The notes beneath the pieces are model-generated. The model saw only the letters and a list, made by a program, of their open reading frames with translations. It did no database searches and had not been told where the DNA came from. 64,000 bases of DNA from Octopus sinensis (lineage: Eukaryota). Of this stretch, positions 54,783-64,000 are shown piece after piece. The position numbers and the translations under genes are program-made. Numbering within the stretch: the stretch's first letter is position 1; the number at the start of each line of letters is the position of its first letter. The stretch covers positions 67,642,001 to 67,706,000 of the forward strand of contig NC_043005.1 in NCBI RefSeq assembly GCF_006345805.1, given 5' to 3'.

Positions 54783-55277
54783 CGGACGCACAAAGAGAAA
54801 CAAAAGTGAGGGAGATAAGGAGGGGAAGAGCGAGAAAGGGGTAGAAAGGGATAGTAAAAATGAATACGAAATCAAAACTGTTGCTGCGCGGCTGGAATAA
54901 ATACAGTTACACCCAGAATGGTTACAGATACATGGATGAAGAGGAAGTATGGCTAGAGTATGAACCCAAACCTTCATTGGTTGTAGCATTCCTGCTTGGA
55001 GCGCTGCAAGATGCCAAAACAATTGCGCACTCCAGTCGACAGCTAATGAAAGGGATGTTCTGCCATGCAAGCGATAAAATATTATATCTTCATCTTTTGA
55101 CTCTCTTCAGAAGTAATGCTAAGTACGAGAAATTGCCGGGGCGCTGTAACAGTAGTCATTAAAGAATGTTATTTAAGACATTAGAGATTGCTGTTGTTAA
55201 AAGCTGCCTTCATTATTTTGAGATAGGGGTGATGTGTTGGAAGTAGCTAGCAAACACTTTACTACACTGTCAGTTAA

Positions 55278-55349
55278 CGAAGGGTAGTATAGTGGTAAGT
55301 ATCCCCGCCTGTCACGCGGGAGACCGGGGTTCGATTCCCCGCCGGGGAG
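55278..55349 (+). tRNA. tRNA-Asp(GTC) pseudogene or variant with disrupted acceptor stem
   Basis: D, anticodon (CCCGC-CTGTCAC-GCGGG; GTC at 55311-13) and T arms perfect; 5' strand CGAAGGG pairs with 3' CCGGGGA at only 2 of 7 positions; T11 run at 55356-66. Confidence 0.85.
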
Positions 55350-57024
55350 GTTCAGTTTTTTTTTTTAAACGACGGTGCATCAGCATGGCCACAGCTCTGA
55401 GCTGGAACAAGAAAAAGGAAAAAAAACAAAAAAAAATATTAAATATACTGAGTTATAAACTATCATGTCATTCGTTTTGTATACAGTTGAGACTCAGAAT
55501 TATCTACTGTAAACATCAAAAGTTGTGTATAATTGATATCTTCCATTGATACAAAGACACAACATTTATGGTGTCATAGTTAGTTTAATCAATATCAGTA
55601 TATGACTTGTTCTTATCTCCTCAAACTACAAAGGATTTGTCTTCAGAAGCTTGAAAGTGAAACAACTGAGAAGGATATTGTCTGCTCTTCTAGTAATTCT
55701 TTGAATTCCCTGATATTGTCGTTCTGTATAATAAGCAACTGCTTACTTCAATTTGAAGTGCTAACCCCAAATTCTACCGATACAAAAGATAACCACGTTA
55801 AGCTTACTTAGCCAGATTTTGAGATGACGAAAATGTAAGAGTTTAGATCACGCTCCACTAATTTATATTTCTTAAAGGATTCGCGAAAAGGAGCGACGTT
55901 ATCAGAGCAGCTGCATTAGGAGAATTAGTTTCCTCTTCTACATAAAGCATTATTTATTGAAATAGTATTAAGCCTAGAGGTGTACAGCTAACAATAGATA
56001 GCCGATCTAACTACCTTGCTGTATAATAATTTCTTCTGTCTACATCTGATTTCAAATTCCTCCTAGGTAAACTTTGTGTTCTATTCATTTCAGGTCGTTA
56101 ACGTAAAGAACAGAAATATATTATGACAGACTTGATTCAGGTCTAACTTTGGACAGTTTCACGAACGCTATTCAAGAAGCAATGAAAACCAACCTTTACT
56201 TCCCTCCATTTCTAAAAGTGGACTCTTAGTTTTACATGCCTTTCATTGTGTAATTCAACAAAATTGATTTTTAACAGAAACCGAAATTAGGTCGGGATTC
56301 AATTTGTCCTAAGCTTTTATCCCTAACAATACAGCTATTCCATTTAAAATTTGCTGCTATATTTGCGTATCAAACTATAGAAAAAAACATAATTATCTGC
56401 AAAGAGATTTCTTTACAAAAACGTAATTTAGTGACTCGGATCTTTGCTCTGAATTTGAACACTGTCACGTATACATACCTGTTTCTCTGAATATATTTCA
56501 TTGATTTTATATTGAAATATATAAGTCACGTAATGTGACTGATCGTGGGAACACAACCGAAAACTCTGTTTCTTTTTTAATATAGGAATGGAAAACTAAC
56601 TTGACCAATCATATTCTCAACTTAATTTTTTATTTTATGTTCATCCGTGACAACACTGCATGTATAAAGTACGTGACAAAATGAGTGAATGAATCATTTA
56701 GCTTGTAAAGTGAGAACAGATCTATGAGGCGTTTCTTTTATTGTGTGTGCGGACATGTGTGTAAACATATAGACATGACAGAAATAATAGAACTTTAAAT
56801 AGAGAAAAATAATAGAGAATAGAGCTTTAAATAAAATAAACAAAAAAGCTAATGGTATTTGAAAACGGCCCTTTATGTCATGGGTTTACATCCTACTCAG
56901 ATAATCTTTGTTTTTCGAGAGCGATAAAATAGGACCCAGTCCAAGTTCGATAGTCGACCAAACCATTGAAGGGGATGATCTACACACACACACACACATT
57001 CAGCATACACACAGATATACATAC

Positions 57025-57741
57025 ATGTTTATGATAGTTTCTGCATGCGTAATTATGTGCAATGAGTGTTATCTGTTTACATGCATGGCCATGCATAATT
57101 TAGACAAATAGCCAGAGGGAAGAACAATGAAAGGAACTAATATAACGAGTACCTGTGAGAACGAGTTTGTATATAGTATTGCCACAGTTAAATGGTTGGA
57201 ACAAATATAAGAATTACATAACTTAAATGCATGTGCGTGTGTGAATGCATCCTAGCATGGCCACAGTCAAATGATTTGAACGAACCAGTGAAAGCATAAA
57301 AGTATGTGCGTGCGAGAGCATATCTGTGTGTCTCCAAATAAGTCCTGTACGGCAGCGAGACGAACTATGTGATTTTTCATGAAGGGAAAGAGATGAGCTT
57401 GCAGGATCATAAATACGCCGGGCAGAAGAATGCCAAGGGGTATTTTGTCTATTTTTACGTTCTGCCGAAGTTGACTTAGCCTTCCATTCTTGCAGGGTTG
57501 ATAAAATAAGTACGATGCTCTGACGGTTCTATTAATTTTCTTCTTTGCTTCCTATGAAATGAATCATCATCATTCTTATTCTCAAAATGATAACGTTGAT
57601 GATGATATTTCTTTGGATGAGAAAATATTTAAACGTTTCCTTGGTAACTTTCAACCACAATACTCCATTATTTTTTCATTTATCATTCCTTTAGCATATT
57701 TCTCTTTTCTATATTACCCCGCTTATCCTTTAACACTAGGA

Positions 57742-57793
<52 letters not shown>

Positions 57794-58653
57794 TTCTCTC
57801 TCTATTTCTCTCTCTCCCACTCTGTCTCTCTTTTCCTCTCTCTCTCTCTATCCCTCTCTCTCTTTCTCCCCTCCCTCCCTCTCGCTCTCTTTCTTTCTCT
57901 CTCTCTCTCTCGCTCGTTCGTTCGCTCTTGTATTCCTAAATCTCATGTTTATTTCTGCTTACTCTTCAGCTCCGTTGTCCTATATATGCTATTATTCTCA
58001 TCCACTCTTTTCTTTTCAGCTTCATTCCAATCTCTTCTAATTCATCTTAGACCTCTCATGTTTCTCCTTTTTATCTTATATTCCACCACCACCACCCCGC
58101 CGCACCCCACCCCCCGCTGCACGCGCTTCTCCAAATCGCTCACCTTCAACTCCTTTTATTTAAAACCCTCTTCTCCCTCACCTGGCACCACTTGCATGAC
58201 TCCTTGTGGTCCCGTTAAAGGAGCATGCTTAATACAACAGCACCATTATATAACAATGTAAAACTGCTTCAATAGACGAGATGTTCTTGGCCCTTATCGA
58301 TTCTAGTTGCTTGATTTTCTAGAATTGTTTAGTTCCATCAGCTTTAGTTGGGTTTCCATTGAGTCTGGAAACCACTCAACTGAAGTGGACAGTATCTGGA
58401 TACTTCGATTGCTTTTATAACAATCAAACAGTATAACTAGAAAAATAAGCGTATATTACGGAATATCACTTAAAAGTGCATTGATTGAATGCGATTCAAT
58501 ATTTTATATAATTCTTCATATGTATGTGTTTAGCGCGTATGTATACGTCAATGATGATTGTATAAATTCATGTTTATACATAAATTATACGTATACAGAA
58601 AAACGAGGAAACAATTATACACTCACCCACGCACTCACTCCTTTTCTCGCTAT

Positions 58654-58693
<40 letters not shown>

Positions 58694-58883
58694 CACACAC
58701 ATATACATATTACACATCCACACAGACACACAAACATATATACAATGTTTATGATAGTTTATGCATGCGCGTGTAACTATGTGTAAAGAGTGTTATCAAC
58801 TTACATGCATGACTATACATGATTTAGACAAATAGCCAGAGTGAAGAACAATGAAAAAGACTAATATAACAAGTATATGCGAG
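57025..58883. repeat. Diverged direct duplication of a ~135-bp unique core (57025-57159 and 58745-58883)
   Basis: Both read atgtttatgatagttt.tgcatgcg...atttagacaaatagccagag.gaagaacaatgaaa...ctaatataac. Confidence 0.85.
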
Positions 58884-59033
58884 GGTGGGCTTGTTCATAG
58901 AGAGAGCGAAATAGAGAGCTATATACAGAGCAAAATAGATTTTGCGGGGTAGTTATTAAAGTGTAACTAGAAGAACATATATTCAAAAGTTTTTCGGCAT
59001 ATACGTACGTATAAATTTATATACACACACACA

Positions 59034-59125
<92 letters not shown>

Positions 59126-59226
59126 TATTACATATATTTATATATAGGTATATATATATTTCTATATATGTACTTAAATACATACAATGATATACATAAA
59201 CACGCCTATATATATTTGAAAAGGAA

Positions 59227-59344
<118 letters not shown>

Positions 59345-60519
59345 TGATCGATTGATCGATTGATTAATTGATTGATTGATTGATTGCTGGATATGAACAA
59401 ACATGTGAGGGTGCTTGCGTGAGTGAGTAAATGACCATAGAAATGCAATTAAGTAGAGAATTTTTGAGTTTCAGGAGACAATTGATGGGAATAAATGCAG
59501 TAAATTACAAACGCTCATGTGTATGCATTTATATATAATATATATATATATATAATATATATATATATATATAGGTATATATATATATATGTATATATAT
59601 ATTATATATTATATATATATACATATATATGTGTGGAGAGAGAGTGAGAGAGAGAGAGAGAGGCAGAGACAGAGACAGAAGTATATAGATCTAAATCGAT
59701 ATGATTAGATGCACAAATATTCATATCCATAATATAAGCTTGCATCTATCTATACATATACGATATATGTGTGAGTTTGTTTACATGCGTGCACTATGTA
59801 TCTACGTTTATGTGAACCTTGTACACTCTGTGAAATGTCTGTTTATGAATAAACAATTAGCACAGCTAAGATAAGTACTCTCCACTTCATCTTGATTATT
59901 TCAGTAGAGAATCTCACTGCACCATCTGCAGAAACTCAACTCAACTATAGTAATACAGGTTATTGATTTGACTGGAGGCCACTAAAATGGAATATCAAAG
60001 ATATAAATGTTTTGTTCACTATAATGTAGTCCAGTATAAAGTTTTGTATATGGACTCATGCGTGTACACTTGTGTGGTGAACTAGTTCGTTATGCCATGG
60101 CTAGGTTCCAGACTCTTTACCATTAGGCGGCACCTCGGGCAAGTGTCTTCTACCATAAACTTCAAGTTATTCAATACTATGTGAATTGAATTTTAAAATG
60201 CTGTAGTATTGCTGCTCTCCTATAACTGAACCCATATGTCTGTGTGTGCTTATGTGTGTGTGTGTGTATGTGTATATATATAAATATAGTGCCCCAGCAT
60301 GGCCACAGCCTCAGAACTGAAACGTGAAAAGAATAAAAGAATATATAAATATATGTGTGTGTGTATGTACATATGTAAGTATTATGTATGTATTTATACA
60401 TATAGATGTGTAGCGTACACTCGAGTGAAATTCCTCTCCTCTCTATTGTATATACATACATATGAACGTAGTAGATAACAGCTAGCCTTTGGCCGCATTC
60501 TGGACTCTGTTGTGCCCAC

Positions 60520-60775
60520 TTCTCTGATTGGTTGGTATTGGCGCAATTTGTCTCCTGCTCTATCACGCGTCAATATGCAACCCAACCAATCGCAGCCTTC
60601 AAATAAGGTCACGTGTGACAGCCTGTTTTCTACCCAGCTTAGTGCCTACAACTTCCTATAAGACTCCAGCTTCTCCTTGTCTCGGTGTCTTTCGGCACCA
60701 GACCTTTTAAGATCTAGCCAATGACCACACAAGACGTTGCCAGTTCCAGCGACAACACAACAGCAGCCACGTGTG
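60520..60775. promoter_or_regulatory. Promoter-like motif cluster (4 CCAAT boxes, 2 CACGTG E-boxes, TATA-like)
   Basis: ATTGG 60527 and 60537; CCAAT 60586 and 60718; CACGTG 60610 and 60768; TATAAGA 60657; no downstream gene identified. Confidence 0.3.
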
Positions 60776-60781
60776 TGTGTA

Positions 60782-60845
<64 letters not shown>

Positions 60846-60858
60846 ATATATATGAACA

Positions 60859-61385
60859 TAGGGAGAATTCACAAAAAAACAAAAGACGAAGACAGGTGGT
60901 GTAGACAACAAGCAGGTGTATTAGTTTAACGCTCGGGGAGTGAAAAAGTCTTTAACGTTTCGAGCCTACGCTCTTCCACAGAAAGAAACAGGGAGAGAAA
61001 ATAAAGAATGTGTAGTGGCTAGCGATCTATCGGGACGAATGCCGGAGAGAAGGGATCACAAGGGAGAGCTAGGAAGAAGGGAAGATAATAAAATAGTGAT
61101 GACCCCAAAATGAAGGTGCGCGTGCGTTTGTATATGAGAGCGTGTATGTGCGTGTGGAAGAGGGCTGGTGACCTTGACGTGAGTGTGTGTGTGCATGTGT
61201 GTGTGGACGATGGTGTGGGTGCTGGAAAGTGGTCAGTGCTAGTGTGTGTGGTGACGCTATGTGGTGTGGCGTGGTATGGTGGTGTGTGGGGCGGTAGTGT
61301 GTAGTGTGATGGTGTTGAGAGGCGAGAGTGGAGAAAGCAAGGGTGGGGTGAGGGTTAGGCTGAGGGTGGGGAGATATGTTTATAT
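60859..61385 (-). mobile_element. Penelope-like terminal-repeat sequence with hammerhead-like motif, copy 1
   Basis: Closely similar to 63621-64000; begins after (TA)n; motif at 60949-60986. Confidence 0.65.
60949..60986 (-). ncRNA. Minimal type-I hammerhead-like motif with variant core
   Basis: Minus strand TCTTT-CTGTGGA-A-GAGC(GTAG)GCTC-GAAA-CGTT-AAAGA. Confidence 0.6.
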
Positions 61386-61394
61386 ACAGAAATA

Positions 61395-61530
61395 GGTTCG
61401 GCAAAAGAGACCGATAGAATAAGTACTGGGCTTACAAAGAATAAGTCCCGGGGTCGATTTGCTCGACTAAAGGCAGTGCTCCAGCATGGCCGCAGTCAAA
61501 TGACTGAAACAAGTAAAAGAGTAAAAGAGA
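61395..61530 (+). mobile_element. SINE family B, 3' part
   Basis: Matches the family B 3' half. Confidence 0.85.
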
Positions 61531-62915
61531 GTAATATATGTGTGTAATATATGTATGTAATATATGTATGTGTGTGCGTCTGTATGTGCGTGTATGTGTG
61601 TGTCTTTGCCTGTGGCTCTGTGTGTGTATTGTTAAATGTTGTATATTGTTGAACAATGCACACATAGGCAACTAATCGAATGAAATACTTTTTGATATAA
61701 TACACGATTGTTTACAGAGACAGTCCCTTATCACTACCCTCATGTATCGTAAATGTAGTGAACCAGTAAGTAGCCTGTAAATAATATTTAACCAGCGACA
61801 ATTTTGTTAAGAAAATGCTTAATAGAAAAGAAAAATACCCTTTCTTTTCAATATATAATTTGAGCGGGTGATATGGAGTTTGCTCCTTACTTTCACTTCT
61901 TTACTTTACTTTGAAAACTGCCAGTCATTCAGGACTTCCATTACGCTTTTTAGTTTCATAAGTAGTGCGTATTGTGGAGTAAGGTGTAAACTTGTGAGGA
62001 GGCAAGATTCTCGAGAAATACAAGGAAGTCAGTATTCAGTAAATCCATTTCTACTCTGTGTTATAAAGCTGCAGATTTTGCGGCTTGGGGAGGTACATTC
62101 AGTTATATGGACCCCATACTTTATTAGTCCTTAGTGCAGTCACTGTGGAAATAAGAAAGACTAGGTCGGACTCGGTGAAGATTAAACACATATCAGCAAC
62201 GACGTGAATCATGAAATTCTTTTTCCATCGACACCGAGTATTAGTCTGCTTATAGACGATACTGTCGACATGTTGTGATCTTCGTTACTTTTCTTAGAAT
62301 AGAAACATAATCATCGTTTTCACTTGTCAGATGATTATCTTTTGCCTCACAGTACTCAACATGAATGAAACTAAATAATTAAAGGAAACCTGCGGCATCA
62401 GACATGCTCGTCATTTTTATTTAATTGGTATTCAATCAGTACGTCAAGCAAAATCATAATTACAAACCATAATTTACTAACCGCCAGAATTTATTTACAG
62501 ATCAGTAGTAGAATTTAACGAATATACTGCAACCAATTACAGCCAGTTCACTCACCTCCCAACCTTTTAACTGACGTCTGTTTCCCCACAGATCGTTAAC
62601 TCACTTCTAGTAACTGATGTCGCCAAATACTGATTTAACCAACTCTATAACTGTTATGACATGCTGATCATGTGCTCATTTAGTGGACATACACAACTAT
62701 AATCACTGTTATAAGTATTAACTACTTCAAAATCTATTAAGCCAGATTGCTTAGCTTCAATCAGTTCGTTAACTATGAATCCAAATACATATAGATATGT
62801 ACGTACGTATGTATGAATGTCTGTAAATATTTATGTATACATGTATGTATGCATATCTTTATATATGTGTGTGCATAACGAGAGACACACAGACAGACAG
62901 ATACATACATATATT

Positions 62916-62971
<56 letters not shown>

Positions 62972-63049
62972 CAGACATACAGACAAACAGACAGACAGAC
63001 AGACAGATAGATAGAGAGGGGGGAGGGAGATGCACTAGCACTTTGACAG

Positions 63050-63270
63050 TTACTACGAGGGTTCCAGTTGATCCGATCAACAGAACAGCCTGCCCGCGTA
63101 ATTAACATGCATGATGTATGAACCCTTTACAGACACGTACCCTTAACGTATTTCTCAGCGAGATTCACCGTGACACAGAGGTACTACTCATTTCTTTGCC
63201 AGCTGAAAGAACTGGAACAATATGAAATAGTGTCTTGTTCAAGGACTCAGCACGTTGCCGGGAATTCCCG
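63050..63270 (-). mobile_element. SINE fragment related to family C
   Basis: Shares ccagctga...actggaacaa..tgaaata.gtgtcttg.tcaagga with 33845-33895. Confidence 0.6.
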
Positions 63271-63503
63271 GTGAGATAGATATACATATGCATATATACA
63301 TAATACAAAATTTAGATATATACGTAGAATTAGATTAGTGTGTTTAAATGTTCAGTAGAGCACCGGCACAGTTTGGGCTAACTGTTGCCATCCGTAGTTG
63401 TGGTACACTTCCATTGGATTTACTTCAAAAACTTCACAGTGGATGGGCATATAACAACAAGCCAGCCGACACAAAAAATATCTAGTGAGACTTCATTATC
63501 AAT

Positions 63504-63548
63504 GTACCTGAAGATATCCAGACTTATGGGTCGAAACATATGTTGTAC
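63504..63548 (+). ncRNA. Minimal type-I hammerhead-like motif
   Basis: GTAC-CTGAAGA-tatcca(gactta)tgggtc-GAAA-CATATGT-T-GTAC; AATAAA at 63551. Confidence 0.6.
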
Positions 63549-63620
63549 CCAATAAATGTCTAATACGAAATCCTTCTCCTACTATCAATTAATGCTATGC
63601 ATGTACATGATATATATATA

Positions 63621-64000
63621 TGGGGAGAATTCACAAAAATACAAAAGACGAAGACAGGTGGTGTAGACAACAAACAGATGTATTAGAGATGTATTAGTTT
63701 AACGCTCGGGAAGTGAAAATGTCTTTACCGTTTCGAGCCTACGCTCTTCCACAGAAAAGAACATAGAAAGAAACAAGGTGAGAAAATAAGTAATGTGTAG
63801 TGGCTAGCGATCTATCATGGCGAATGCCGGACAGACTAGTCATACAGGAGAGCTAGGAATAAGGGGAGATAATGAAGTAGTGGTGATCCCAAAACGAAGG
63901 TGCGCGTGCGTATAAGAGAGCAAGTATGTGCGTGTGGAGGAAGGCTAGTGACCTTCACATGTGCGTGTGTGTATGTGTAGGTGTGTGGATGTGGGGCTGG
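63621..64000 (-). mobile_element. Penelope-like terminal-repeat sequence, copy 2 (runs off the window)
   Basis: Direct repeat of 60859-61240; motif at 63722-63759. Confidence 0.65.

Noticed and set aside
55292-55549. ORF MVSIPACHAGDRGSIPRRGG
   Set aside because: It is the translation of the tRNA-Asp sequence

Overview
AT-rich, repeat-dense eukaryotic DNA. I found no supportable host protein-coding exon, so the window is probably intergenic or deep intronic. The repeat landscape resembles coleoid cephalopod (Octopus) DNA; this is an inference from the repeat types, not a database result. Main contents: (1) a cluster of R4/Dong-type restriction-endonuclease LINE pieces, including one nearly full-length but inactivated copy (21.1-24.6 kb), mostly abutting (AAT)n tracts in the same polarity; (2) three recurrent tRNA-derived SINE families, labelled A, B and C here, several nested in each other's microsatellites; (3) decayed Tc1 (DD34E), maT (DD37D) and mariner DNA transposons, a Ty3/Gypsy gag remnant, and one GC-rich, uninterrupted RTE reverse-transcriptase fragment; (4) several minimal type-I hammerhead-ribozyme-like motifs with palindromic stem III, as described for Penelope-like element terminal repeats; (5) a tRNA-Asp(GTC) copy with a broken acceptor stem fused to a SINE tail; (6) a 174-bp near-perfect palindrome, a 200-bp inverted repeat, a SINE-tail-derived minisatellite of NFI-like motifs, and many microsatellites. 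Most short ORFs in the supplied track are microsatellite artefacts. Repeat boundaries were read by eye and are approximate.
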